From the NCBI GenBank assembly GCA_934702375.1, contig CAKUYE010000013.1, positions 1,564 through 65,563 of the forward strand: a DNA stretch of 64,000 bases, written 5' to 3'. Both the position numbers and the translations under genes were made by a program. The number at the start of each line of letters is the position of its first letter. Positions within the stretch are counted from its first letter, which is position 1. This stretch comes from an uncultured Bacillota bacterium (GTDB lineage: Bacteria; Bacillota; Dehalobacteriia; UBA7702). Shown one piece after another: positions 1 to 9,172 of this stretch. The notes beneath the pieces are model-generated. The model worked only from the letters and a program-made list of their open reading frames with translations. It did no database searches and had not been told where the DNA came from.

Positions 1-2
1 TT

Positions 3-803
3 TCCGCCGTATCTGCATCTGCGGAGCAAAAAGAAGAAACTTTGCGCAGCGTTTCTGCGGCAGAAGCAAAGACCTTTTTTGCGGGGAAAGTGCGGGTGGC
101 AAAGGTATATGCGGCGGCAGTATTTCTTTGTGTAATCTCCCCCATTATCTTGATTCTTCTGGGAGGACTCAGCGAAATGGCTTCGGGTTTTCCCTTATCG
201 GAAAATGCCGCCGGGGCATTGGGCTTGTGCGTGCTTCTTGTTTTGGTGGCCATTGCCGTAATGATGTTTATTTGGGGCGGCTCTCAGGGAAAAGGCTTTA
301 AATATCTGGAAGAAGAGCCTTTTATTTTGGCTCCCGAAGCTTTGGATTTATTTAAGGAAAAATACAATGATTATCAGAAAACCTATACGGTGATGTTGAT
401 TGTGGCAACCTCTCTCTGTATTTTAGCGGTATTGCCGTTGCTTTTGGTCGCAATTCTCAGTGGTGAGGATCTGATGTTGATTTTTATGGTTGGCATTTTG
501 CTCCTTTGTGTTGCGGTTGCCTGTATTTTATTTGTTTATTTTGGCAGTATCCAAAGTGCGTTTCATATTTTGATGCAGAAAGAAGAGTATACCGTGGCTG
601 CAAAACGCCGTGCACCTTTGATTCGCACCGTAGGGCCATTCTATTGGTCTTTGGTCACGGCAATCTTTCTTGCCTATAGCTTTATTACCGATGATTGGTC
701 TCGGGGCTGGATCATTTGGGCTGTTGCCGGCGTTTTGTATGCTGCTGTTGCCCAGGTGTGCCGCTATCTTGACAGAAAAAAGCAGAAAAAATGTAATAGA
801 TGA
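3..803 (+). CDS. Hypothetical polytopic membrane protein, 5' end truncated by window edge
   Basis: Frame stays open from position 3 to the stop at 801-803. The ORF-track 253-aa protein has several hydrophobic helices. The Met-first translation in the ORF track uses a TTG at 42. Confidence 0.5.
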   Translation, partial: SAVSASAEQKEETLRSVSAAEAKTFFAGKVRVAKVYAAAVFLCVISPIILILLGGLSEMASGFPLSENAAGALGLCVLLVLVAIAVMMFIWGGSQGKGFKYLEEEPFILAPEALDLFKEKYNDYQKTYTVMLIVATSLCILAVLPLLLVAILSGEDLMLIFMVGILLLCVAVACILFVYFGSIQSAFHILMQKEEYTVAAKRRAPLIRTVGPFYWSLVTAIFLAYSFITDDWSRGWIIWAVAGVLYAAVAQVCRYLDRKKQKKCNR

Positions 804-811
804 GATTTCTA

Positions 812-836
812 CCCCAAAAGCTTCTGTTTTGGGGTA
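812..836 (+). terminator. Rho-independent terminator after the membrane-protein gene
   Basis: Hairpin accccaaaagcttctgttttggggt followed by T-containing tail. Confidence 0.4.
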
Positions 837-925
837 TCTCTTATTTCGGACAAAAGAGAGCACGCATTGTCGAGTCTTTTTGAGAAGAAAATGCTATGAT
901 ATTGCTATCGAAAGGAGTTGTTATC

Positions 926-1780
926 ATGGATTGGACGGCATGTATTCGTCAGGCGATTGCCTATATGGAGGAGCATATGAAGGAGGACATATCAATGACC
1001 GCTTTGTCCCGGGAAATCGGCGTTTCTTCCTATTACTTCCAAAAAGGCTTTTCTATGCTCTGCGGTATGACCGTTGGGGAATATCTGCGCTGCCGACGCT
1101 TATCTCTTGCCGGCCGTGACCTGGTGCTTAGCGAAAGTAAGATCATAGACATTGCCTTGGACTATGGCTATGATTCTCCGGATAGCTTTACCAAAGCCTT
1201 TTCCCGATTCCATGGTATCACGCCTTTGGCGGCACGAAGAGAAGGAGGACCTTTACGCACCTTTGCGCCGCTGCAAATCAAAATATCATTGGAAGGTGGT
1301 TCTCAAATGGATTACAAAATTGTGAAAAAGGCACCCTTTACCGTAAAATGTGTGGCAAAACGATTTGCCTGTCAAAATGCTTTGACCGAGGTGCCTTTGT
1401 TTTGGCAGGAACATCACCAAAACGGCGGCGGAAAGATCCGTGGTATGTATGGGATTAACATTGACGAGGCTATGGGCGGCGATACTTTCGAGTATCTTAT
1501 TGCCGATGATTACAACCCTGCCGAAGAGCTTCCTGTCGGTTGTGAAACGCGAACGATTCCTGCTTTAACCTGGGCGGTATTCCCCTGCCATGGGCCGATG
1601 CCGGAGTCGATTCAGGCCGTGGAAAAGCAAATTTTTGCCCAGTGGCTCCCCAACAACGGATATCAATTTTCTGCCGGATATAATATTGAACGGTATGATG
1701 ATCCCCGTCAATATGAAAAAGGAACCAGAGATGAAAAATATTATTGTGAAGTGTGGATCCCTGTAAAAGAGAGCGAATAA
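926..1780 (+). CDS. AraC-family transcriptional regulator with C-terminal GyrI-like effector-binding domain
   Basis: N-terminal HTH AraC signature (ALSREIGVSSYYFQKGF...GYDSPDSFTKAFSRFHG). C-terminal GyrI-like region. RBS aaaggag 8 nt upstream of ATG 926 (MDWTAC...). The ORF-track start at 896 lacks an RBS. Confidence 0.75.
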   Translation: MDWTACIRQAIAYMEEHMKEDISMTALSREIGVSSYYFQKGFSMLCGMTVGEYLRCRRLSLAGRDLVLSESKIIDIALDYGYDSPDSFTKAFSRFHGITPLAARREGGPLRTFAPLQIKISLEGGSQMDYKIVKKAPFTVKCVAKRFACQNALTEVPLFWQEHHQNGGGKIRGMYGINIDEAMGGDTFEYLIADDYNPAEELPVGCETRTIPALTWAVFPCHGPMPESIQAVEKQIFAQWLPNNGYQFSAGYNIERYDDPRQYEKGTRDEKYYCEVWIPVKESE

Positions 1781-1884
1781 GTTGAATGCTGCAGTCGATA
1801 CGCTTTACCGATGAAAACAGGCACAACGTATCGGCGGCGGTCGTAAATTGTTGTAAAATGTTTCAACTATTTTCCGGAAAACTC

Positions 1885-1913
1885 TTGACATTTTGCCTTA
1901 AATTTGATATATT
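1885..1913 (+). promoter_or_regulatory. Sigma-A type promoter of the tRNA operon (-35 TTGACA, 17-nt spacer, -10 TATATT)
   Basis: ttgaca ttttgccttaaatttga tatatt, about 28 nt upstream of the first tRNA. Confidence 0.6.
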
Positions 1914-1940
1914 AGGTAAGTACCTTTGGAAGTACAACTC

Positions 1941-2030
1941 GGAGGGGTGTCCGAGTGGTTTAAGGAGGCGGTCTTGAAAACCGTTGAACCTTCGCGGGTT
2001 CCGTGGGTTCGAATCCCACCCTCTCCGCCA
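1941..2030 (+). tRNA. tRNA-Ser (anticodon TGA), class II with long variable arm, encoded CCA
   Basis: Cloverleaf read by eye: acceptor ggagggg/cctctcc, anticodon loop cuUGAaa, T-loop ggttcgaatcc, 3' gcca. Confidence 0.85.
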
Positions 2031-2054
2031 ATATGCCCCTCAGCCAAATAACAT

Positions 2055-2149
2055 GGAGAGTTGGCCGAGTCGGCTGAAGGCGCTCGCCTGCTAAGCGAGT
2101 ATACGTGTCTAAAAGCGTATCGAGGGTTCGAATCCCTTGCTCTCCGCCA
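2055..2149 (+). tRNA. tRNA-Ser (anticodon GCT), class II, encoded CCA
   Basis: Acceptor ggagag.../...ctctcc, anticodon stem ctcgc/gcgag with loop cuGCUaa, ggttcgaatcc T-loop. Confidence 0.8.
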
Positions 2150-2155
2150 TATTGT

Positions 2156-2232
2156 GTGCCAGTAGCTCAGCTGGATAGAGTGCTTGACTACGAATCAAGA
2201 GGTCGGGGGTTCGAGTCCCTCCTGGCACGCCA
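2156..2232 (+). tRNA. tRNA-Arg (anticodon ACG), encoded CCA
   Basis: Acceptor gtgccag/ctggcac, D-arm agctcagctggatagag, anticodon stem cttga/tcaag with loop cuACGaa, T-arm ggttcgagtcc. Confidence 0.85.
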
Positions 2233-2235
2233 AGA

Positions 2236-2275
2236 AAATACCTGCTTAACATCGTTAAGCAGGTATTTCTTATAT
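2236..2275 (+). terminator. Rho-independent terminator of the tRNA operon
   Basis: aatacctgcttaac-atc-gttaagcaggtatt followed by tcttatat. Confidence 0.7.
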
Positions 2276-2371
2276 AAAAAAAGATAAATGCCGTGATGTG
2301 TTTGCAACCAAAAACGTGATACGTCCTTTCGTATTCATTATAGCTTGTGGTCCTCTTTGGACCACGTTTAT

Positions 2372-2415
2372 GGTTTTGAAAAATAAAGCCCGCCTAGGGT
2401 CGATAGGCGGGCTTT
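2372..2415 (-). terminator. Rho-independent terminator closing the minus-strand cbi/hem operon
   Basis: On the minus strand: gcccgcctatcgaccctaggcgggc followed by tttattttt. Lies about 70 nt downstream of the cbiF stop. Confidence 0.65.
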
Positions 2416-2484
2416 CGATATGGGCAACACAAAACGCTAAGGATCGGAGGATCGCTTTGTGCTGCCGGGAGATTACATTATTTA

Positions 2485-3249
2485 TTATTCGCTCTTTGCC
2501 TGGCGATAGCCGTGGGAAAATTCCTTGTCGTAGAGCTTGGAAAGGGCATATTCATCACCAAGGAAACGTCCTACGGTGATCAGTGCGGTGCGGCCGATAT
2601 CTGCATTGTGTACTTTTTCTGCGATATCTGCCAAGGTCCCCACGACCTTTTTCTCTTCCGGCCAGGAAGCCTTGTAAACTACGGCACAGGGAGTATCCAT
2701 GGAATAGCCTTCGCTGAGTCGGGCTACAACTTCTTCGATCATATGGACACTGAGGAATATGATCATCGTGGCATTGATTTTTGCCAGGTTACGAATATCT
2801 TCCCGTTCCGGTACCGGTGTGCGGCCTTCCATACGGGTAAGGATCACTGTTTGACTTACTTCCGGTAACACGTATTCCTTTTTTAATGCTGCCGCTGCGG
2901 CACAAAAAGAGCTTACGCCGGGGATCACGGTGTATTGAAATCCCAGTTCTTCTAATCGATCCATCTGCTCCCGGATTGCACCGTAAATCGATGGATCACC
3001 GGTGTGGAGACGTACGATCTTTTTCCCTTGAGGGTACGCTTCCGCCATAACGGCGATAACTTCATCCAAATTCATTCCTGCACTGTCATAGATCGTGCAG
3101 TCGGTTTTACAGTAATCCAATAGGGCCGGATTTACTAAGGAACCGGCATATATAACGATGTCTGCTTCCTCCAGGGCTTTCATGCCTTTTACTGTGATCA
3201 GCTCCGGATCTCCTGCACCGGCGCCGACGATTTTGATCATATTATCCAT
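2485..3249 (-). CDS. cbiF: Cobalt-precorrin-4 C11-methyltransferase
   Basis: 254 aa. Tetrapyrrole methylase fold with GAGAGDPELITVKG, LHTGDPSIYGA and C-terminal ALSKLYD..FSHGYR typical of CbiF/CobM. Confidence 0.9.
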   Translation of the reverse strand: MDNMIKIVGAGAGDPELITVKGMKALEEADIVIYAGSLVNPALLDYCKTDCTIYDSAGMNLDEVIAVMAEAYPQGKKIVRLHTGDPSIYGAIREQMDRLEELGFQYTVIPGVSSFCAAAAALKKEYVLPEVSQTVILTRMEGRTPVPEREDIRNLAKINATMIIFLSVHMIEEVVARLSEGYSMDTPCAVVYKASWPEEKKVVGTLADIAEKVHNADIGRTALITVGRFLGDEYALSKLYDKEFSHGYRQAKSE

Positions 3250-3949
3250 GGATCTTTTCCCCTTTTCTGATAATTGCGGTTAGGAAATAGCTGAGTTCAT
3301 CGGGCATTTTTCGGATGTCCGTAAAGACACGTTCTTCCGGCATGGTGCAGCATTCCACTGCGGCGGTATTTTCGGTAAGATCGAGCTTTTCCAGGATTGA
3401 TACGATTTCTGACCATTGACGAGCGCCTTTCATCAAAACAGTGTTGTCATGCTCGCAAATGGTTTTTTCGATGGTTTCCAGATCGGTGGTGGCGGCAATG
3501 ATGGCCAGGCTTTCTTTCCAGTCGGAAAGGCCGCACCCCAGACGAGCCGCTGTTGCACCGGGGGCATTGATTCCCGGAACGATTTCCCAGGGAAAGCCTG
3601 CGGCTTTGATCGGGCGAAAAACGTACATGAAAGTGCTGAACAGAGAGGGATCACCCAGGGTGATAAAGGCCACATTTTTTCCTTCTCGAAGTTTTGTCAT
3701 GATTTGTTGTGCGCCCTGTTCCCAGGCTTCCTGTAGTTTTATTTCATCTTTGGTCATTGGCAGTACCAGCTCCAATAGCTCCTTCTGATGAATATAGTCT
3801 GCAACGATGCGCAATGCCGTACTGTCTTTTTCTCCGTGGGTCTTGGGGTTTGCTATGATGTCGCATTCCTCCAACAGGCGTTTTCCTTTGATCGTTAATA
3901 ATTCCGGATCACCGGGGCCGACGCCGATACCGTAAAATTTTCCGTTCAT
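3242..3949 (-). CDS. cbiL: Cobalt-precorrin-2 C20-methyltransferase
   Basis: 235 aa. MNGKFYGIGVGPGDPELLTIKG N-terminus typical of CbiL/CobI. Confidence 0.85.
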   Translation of the reverse strand: MNGKFYGIGVGPGDPELLTIKGKRLLEECDIIANPKTHGEKDSTALRIVADYIHQKELLELVLPMTKDEIKLQEAWEQGAQQIMTKLREGKNVAFITLGDPSLFSTFMYVFRPIKAAGFPWEIVPGINAPGATAARLGCGLSDWKESLAIIAATTDLETIEKTICEHDNTVLMKGARQWSEIVSILEKLDLTENTAAVECCTMPEERVFTDIRKMPDELSYFLTAIIRKGEKIHG

Positions 3950-3960
3950 CCTGTTTCTCC

Positions 3961-5256
3961 TTATTTGGTCAGTGATGCGAAAACGTGGCGCACCGCTTCA
4001 ATCGTATGATCAAGAATGTCTTTTGTGTGAGCCGTGGAAAGGAACCACGCTTCAAATTGAGAGGGTGCCAGCAGCACGCCTTCTTTGACCATACCGGTAA
4101 AAAATTTCCGATACAACTCTGTATCACAAGCCATAACGTCCTGATAGGAGCGGACCGGGGTGGGGGAGAAGAAGAGGCAAAACATTCCTTCGCAGCGCGA
4201 TGTTACGGCAGGAATTTGATATTCTTTGCAGAGGGTTGAGATGTTTTCATCAAGATAGATGGCGCTCTCCCGCAGTGTAGTGTATACTTCCGGATGGTTC
4301 TTTAATTGAGTAAGATTTGCGATCCCGGCTGCCATGGCCAAAGGATTGCCGGAAAGGGTTCCCCCCTGATAAACCGGGCCAAGGGGGGAAACCATTTCCA
4401 TGATCTCCTTGCGACCGCCGTAAGCACCTACGGGAAGACCACCGCCAATGATCTTGCCGAAGCAAACCATATCCGGGGTGATGTCGTATTTGCCGGCGGC
4501 GGAGTCGAAGCCCAAACGGAAACCTGTGATTACTTCATCGAAGATCAAAATGATCCCATCGGCAGCGGTAAGCTCCCGAACTTTTTTCAGGTAACCGTCT
4601 TTGGGCGGCAAAACACCCATGTTGCCGGCAACTGGCTCAATAATAACACAGGCGATCTCACCGCGATTGGCTTCCATTAATTTTGCAAGGGCATCTTCAT
4701 CGTTATATGGGCAAACCAGAGTTTTTTCGGTTAGTTCCTTTACGATGCCTTTGCTTGTGGGAATATTCTGGGTCAGTAGGCCGCTGCCGCTTTTGACCAG
4801 CAGGCTGTCGCTGTGGCCATGGTAGCAGCCTTCAAATTTCAGGATCTTATCTCTGCCGGTGAATCCCCGTGCCGCACGAATCGCGCTCATGGTTGCTTCG
4901 GTACCGGAGTTTACCATACGGATCATTTCGCAGCCGGGGTAAGTGTCTACAATCAATTCTGCCAACTCTACCTCAGAAGGGGTTGTAAACCCGTAGGTTG
5001 TACCGCGATACAGCGCTTTTTCCACTGCAGAGAGGAGAAAATCCGGTGCGTGGCCGAAAATTAACGGCCCGTAGGAGCAAACGTAGTCAATATATTCTTC
5101 GCCGGTAACATCCGTTACATAGGCACCTTTTGCTTTGGTTACGATCACCGGATCGCAATCTACGGCACCAAAGGCTCTTACCGGGCTGTTTACACCGCCT
5201 ACCATGATTTCACGGCTGCGTTTGAGTAAGGTTTGTTTTTCTTCCTGTGTATACAT
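3961..5256 (-). CDS. hemL: Glutamate-1-semialdehyde 2,1-aminomutase
   Basis: GGVNSPVRAF motif. PLP aminotransferase class III. Start moved to MYTQEE (RBS gaggagg 7 nt upstream), which avoids overlap with hemB. Confidence 0.9.
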   Translation of the reverse strand: MYTQEEKQTLLKRSREIMVGGVNSPVRAFGAVDCDPVIVTKAKGAYVTDVTGEEYIDYVCSYGPLIFGHAPDFLLSAVEKALYRGTTYGFTTPSEVELAELIVDTYPGCEMIRMVNSGTEATMSAIRAARGFTGRDKILKFEGCYHGHSDSLLVKSGSGLLTQNIPTSKGIVKELTEKTLVCPYNDEDALAKLMEANRGEIACVIIEPVAGNMGVLPPKDGYLKKVRELTAADGIILIFDEVITGFRLGFDSAAGKYDITPDMVCFGKIIGGGLPVGAYGGRKEIMEMVSPLGPVYQGGTLSGNPLAMAAGIANLTQLKNHPEVYTTLRESAIYLDENISTLCKEYQIPAVTSRCEGMFCLFFSPTPVRSYQDVMACDTELYRKFFTGMVKEGVLLAPSQFEAWFLSTAHTKDILDHTIEAVRHVFASLTK

Positions 5257-5257
5257 T

Positions 5258-6229
5258 TCAGGCCTCCTCAATAAATTTTCCCAGGTCTGCTGCGAAATAG
5301 GTGATGATGATATCTGCCCCGGCTCTTTTGATGGCGATGTGGCTTTCGTAGATCACTTCTTCCCGCATCAGCCCGGCATCTACGGCGTTGCGCAGCATGG
5401 AATATTCACCGCTGACGCAGTATGCAGCCAAGGGCTTTTGTGTCAGTGCTTTGGCTTCTTTGATCACATCAAGATATGCCAGCGCCGGTTTTACCATGAG
5501 GATATCTGCGCCTTCTTTGTCGTCGAGGCAGATTTCATGGAGTGCTTCCCTGCCATTGTGATAGTCCATTTGGTAACCTTTGCGGTCTCCCTTTCCTGGT
5601 GCGGAATTGGCAGCCTCCCGGAAGGGACCGTAAAAGGAAGATGCGTATTTTGCAGAGTAAGCCATGATCGGCGTTTTAATGAAGTTGTTTTCATCGAGAC
5701 ATTGGCGAATTGCGGCAACGCGTCCATCCATCATATCCGAAGGCGCAACCATATCCGCCCCGGCTTCCACATGGCTCAATGCGGTTTTTGCTAAAAGTTC
5801 CAGGGTCTTATCGTTATTTACGTAGCCATCTTCATCTAAGCAGCCGCAATGGCCGTGGTCGGTGTATTCGCACATGCAAACATCGGTCGTGATAAAAATA
5901 TCGGTCTTATCTTTTAATTCTTTGATTGCACGCTGTACGATACCGTCTTTGGCAAAGGCGGGAGAGCCTATGGCATCGCAGTCTTCCGGATGGGGAATTC
6001 CAAAAAGCATAACATGGTTTACACCGCATTTTTGGATTTCTTTCACTGCCGCAGCAATGGTATCGACGGAGTACCGGTATTGACCCGGCATGGCGCCGAT
6101 CGGTTCTTTCACATCTTTCCCCTCGGTGACAAACATTGGGTATATAAATTCTTTGGGATTCAGCCGTGTTTCGCGAACGAGGGAGCGAATCGCTTCGCCG
6201 GTGCGAAGGCGGCGCGGTCTGTCAATCAT
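5258..6229 (-). CDS. hemB: Porphobilinogen synthase (delta-aminolevulinate dehydratase)
   Basis: MIDRPRRLR N-terminus and full-length (323 aa) HemB architecture. Confidence 0.9.
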   Translation of the reverse strand: MIDRPRRLRTGEAIRSLVRETRLNPKEFIYPMFVTEGKDVKEPIGAMPGQYRYSVDTIAAAVKEIQKCGVNHVMLFGIPHPEDCDAIGSPAFAKDGIVQRAIKELKDKTDIFITTDVCMCEYTDHGHCGCLDEDGYVNNDKTLELLAKTALSHVEAGADMVAPSDMMDGRVAAIRQCLDENNFIKTPIMAYSAKYASSFYGPFREAANSAPGKGDRKGYQMDYHNGREALHEICLDDKEGADILMVKPALAYLDVIKEAKALTQKPLAAYCVSGEYSMLRNAVDAGLMREEVIYESHIAIKRAGADIIITYFAADLGKFIEEA

Positions 6230-7721
6230 CGTTACATTCTCCTTTTAAAACTTCAATAATACCTTCTAAACTGTGCTCGGTTGCTTCCAGATCCGGAAGA
6301 ATGCCGTAGGACAGCATTTTTTTCTTTGTAATAGGCCCAATGGCTACGGTGCGAACATGTTCCAAACAGGAAAGATCATTGTTCAGGGCTTTGGCAAAGC
6401 CTTCTACCGTTGAACCGCTGGTGAATGGAATATAGTCAACTTGTCCGCTGTTTAAAAGGGTGCGGAGTTGGTCTTCGTTTTCCGTGCGAATACGGGTGTC
6501 GTAGATCTTAATATCCTCTACGGGGCATTTTGTCGCTAGAGTTTCTCTCAGGGTGTTATCTGCAATGGCCGAGCGAGGCAGCATGATACGGTCGCTGCTG
6601 TCGATTTTTGATAAGAGTGCTTCACCCAGGGCATTGCTGATCTGCTTTTCCGGAATCAGGTCGGCATGGAATCCGTATTGAGATAACACCTCTGCCGTTG
6701 CTTTTCCGATAACGGCAAAGCGGATATGACCGAGTTCTCTTGCATCGTGATTTTCTGCTCGGTAGAGTTCAAAAAAGGATTTCACTCCATTGGGTGAGGT
6801 AAACACGATCCAGGTGTAATTGCCAAGCTCATTAAGAGCTTTATGCAGTTCCGGTGAGGTTTCTCTTTTTTCGATTTCGATTACGGGGCATACCACCGGT
6901 TCAAAATTCGCCTGTAATAATTTTTTTGCAAAAATGTCGCTTTGGCGGGCATCTCGAAGGATCAGCACACTTTGGCGTCGTTTCTTTTCAAAAAAATTGA
7001 GGTATTCTCTGCATTTCACAACATCTCCAATGAGGGATATTGCCGGAGGAGTCAGGTTCTGTTTTTTGCATTCGGCTTCTATTGTTCCAATGGTGGCAAC
7101 TGCGGTTTTTTGTTCTCTTGTTGTTGCGTGACTGATCACTGCCATGGGGGTATTCGGATCCTTTCCTGCATTGATCAGGCCGTTTGTGATATAGGAAAGG
7201 TTGTTGAATCCCATAAGGAAAATCAAAGTCCCTTCCAGCTCTGCGATATTGGAAAAATTCAGTCCCCGCTCCTCGTCTTTGAAATTTCCGGTAAAAACAT
7301 GAAAGGAGGATGCCCAATCTCTGTGAGTTACCGGGATCCCGGCATAACATGGTCCGGCAATGGAGGAGGTGATTCCGGGAACAATTTCTACCGGGATACC
7401 TCTTTCGACCAGATAGATGCCTTCTTCTCCGCCGCGGCCAAAGACATAAGGATCGCCGCCCTTTAAGCGGACAACAGTTTTTCCTAAGAGGGCTTTTTGA
7501 TAAAGGGTTTCGTTGATTTGATCCTGAGGCATCGCATGATTTGCTGCTTGTTTGCCTACGTAGATTTTTTCACAATGGGCCGGTGTGCGGTAAATAAGAT
7601 TTTCGTTGATCAGTCGGTCATAAACGAGAACATCGGCTGTTTCTATAAGTTGCAGGCCTTTTAAGGTGATGAGACCGTAGTCGCCGGGACCGGCGCCGAT
7701 GAGATAAACTTTACCGTTCAT
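6222..7721 (-). CDS. cobA: Bifunctional uroporphyrinogen-III C-methyltransferase / uroporphyrinogen-III synthase (CobA-HemD fusion)
   Basis: 499 aa. N-terminal SUMT (YLIGAGPGDYGLITLKG). The C-terminal roughly 240 aa is HemD-like. Confidence 0.85.
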   Translation of the reverse strand: MNGKVYLIGAGPGDYGLITLKGLQLIETADVLVYDRLINENLIYRTPAHCEKIYVGKQAANHAMPQDQINETLYQKALLGKTVVRLKGGDPYVFGRGGEEGIYLVERGIPVEIVPGITSSIAGPCYAGIPVTHRDWASSFHVFTGNFKDEERGLNFSNIAELEGTLIFLMGFNNLSYITNGLINAGKDPNTPMAVISHATTREQKTAVATIGTIEAECKKQNLTPPAISLIGDVVKCREYLNFFEKKRRQSVLILRDARQSDIFAKKLLQANFEPVVCPVIEIEKRETSPELHKALNELGNYTWIVFTSPNGVKSFFELYRAENHDARELGHIRFAVIGKATAEVLSQYGFHADLIPEKQISNALGEALLSKIDSSDRIMLPRSAIADNTLRETLATKCPVEDIKIYDTRIRTENEDQLRTLLNSGQVDYIPFTSGSTVEGFAKALNNDLSCLEHVRTVAIGPITKKKMLSYGILPDLEATEHSLEGIIEVLKGECNDD

Positions 7722-8604
7722 TTTTGATTTTCTCCTTGATCTTTAAGGCAATTTCCTTGCCTTTTTCTGTTTCCTGTCCTTTAACTCCCTGTGCCGTTTC
7801 TCTGTACATGGCTTTTTCCGTGTGGAAAAAACCGGTAATGGTAAAGGTATCGCCCTGGATATCGCAGTAAACGCCCATTGGAGCATGGCAGCCGCCTTCG
7901 GTGTAGCGAAGAAATGCTCTTTCTCCCTGGGCTTGTCGGTGGCTTTTTTCATGATGTATTTTTTGAAGCAGCGCCTTTGTTTGCGCATCGTCTATGCGTG
8001 TTTCTAATCCAAGGATTCCCTGTGCCGGCGCCGGCAGCATATTTTCAAGATCAAAGCAGAATCCTTCCACATCCAGACCTAAACGGTGGATTCCTGCGGC
8101 AGCCAGAATGATCCCATCGTATCCGGCTTGCTTTGCTTTGGCAATCCGCGTTTCAACATTGCCGCGGATCCCTTTGATGTCAATATCTTCCCGGAGGTTT
8201 TTCAGCTGCGCGCTTCTTCGCAGACTGCCGGTGGCGACGACTGCACCCGGAGGAAGGTCCTTTAAAGATTTTGCTCCATGGAAGGATACAAACAGATCCC
8301 GGGGATCTTCTCTTTCCGGGGTGATCGCCATTTCTAATCCCGATGGCTGTTCCGCCGGCATATCTTTAAGGCTGTGTACTGCAAGATCGATTTTATGATG
8401 AAGCAAAGCTTCTTCGATTTCGCGGACAAATAGACCTTTATCTCCGATTTCATTTAAAGGTTTATCTAAAATAAGGTCACCTTTTGTTTTTATAATAATA
8501 ATTTCCGTTTCCAGACCCGGATGGGCTTCTTTTAAAGATTTTTCAATCAATCCGGTCTGAGTCAGTGCTAATTTGCTCCCTCTGGAGCCAATCCGTAAGC
8601 GCAT
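7711..8604 (-). CDS. hemC: Hydroxymethylbilane synthase (porphobilinogen deaminase)
   Basis: MRLRIGSRGSKLALTQT N-terminus, 297 aa. Confidence 0.9.
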   Translation of the reverse strand: MRLRIGSRGSKLALTQTGLIEKSLKEAHPGLETEIIIIKTKGDLILDKPLNEIGDKGLFVREIEEALLHHKIDLAVHSLKDMPAEQPSGLEMAITPEREDPRDLFVSFHGAKSLKDLPPGAVVATGSLRRSAQLKNLREDIDIKGIRGNVETRIAKAKQAGYDGIILAAAGIHRLGLDVEGFCFDLENMLPAPAQGILGLETRIDDAQTKALLQKIHHEKSHRQAQGERAFLRYTEGGCHAPMGVYCDIQGDTFTITGFFHTEKAMYRETAQGVKGQETEKGKEIALKIKEKIKNER

Positions 8605-9172
8605 GGATATCTCCTTTCCCTCGAATCTCCTGTATTGGCAGATTTGCGAGGCGATGAAGCATCGCTTCTTTATTCTCCGGGTAATTTTTTATGATATGAT
8701 CACGTATTTCTCCAAGAAATGTGATGGTTTCTTCGTCGTAAGCTTCAAGTATTTGGGCAATCTCATTTTTCAGCTTTGCCGTTAAAAACGGTGTTTTGCC
8801 GTTGCTGGTAATGGCAGCGGTAAATCCGCCGTGATGCAGTATTGCCGGAAAGATGACATCGCCATGGTCTGCCGCAGTGGCGTTGTTGCATAGAATATGC
8901 TTTTCTGCGCACTTTTTTGCCACGGCTTCGTTTGTAAGTCGGTCATTGGTTGCAACAAGTACAAGATCGTAGCCGACAAGATTTTGATTATGGTAGGTGT
9001 CTTTGAGCCATACTTTGGCAATATTTTCCCAGCCGTTTTCCCGTTCCGGCGTTAAAAGTGTGATCTCTGCCCCGGTTTCGGCCAGGATTTTTCCTCGGCG
9101 TAGCGCGATTTTGCCGCCGCCGATGATGAGTACCTTTTTTCCGGTCATATCAATAAACAGTGGAAGCATCAT
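8543..9172 (-). CDS. sirC: Precorrin-2 dehydrogenase / sirohydrochlorin ferrochelatase (SirC / CysG N-terminal domain type)
   Basis: NAD Rossmann GKKVLIIGGGKIALRRGKIL. 209 aa. The 3' end overlaps the hemC start by about 60 nt. Confidence 0.75.
   Translation of the reverse strand: MMLPLFIDMTGKKVLIIGGGKIALRRGKILAETGAEITLLTPERENGWENIAKVWLKDTYHNQNLVGYDLVLVATNDRLTNEAVAKKCAEKHILCNNATAADHGDVIFPAILHHGGFTAAITSNGKTPFLTAKLKNEIAQILEAYDEETITFLGEIRDHIIKNYPENKEAMLHRLANLPIQEIRGKGDIHALTDWLQREQISTDSDRID

Noticed and set aside
2105-2287. 60-aa ORF overlapping tRNA-Ser(GCT) and tRNA-Arg
   Set aside because: Lies entirely within tRNA genes and the terminator. Spurious.
2346-2366. Hairpin gtggtcctctttggaccac downstream of the tRNA terminator
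   Set aside because: Followed by gtttatggtttt, so it may be a weak secondary terminator. There is no gene context to assign it, and the strong terminators nearby suffice.
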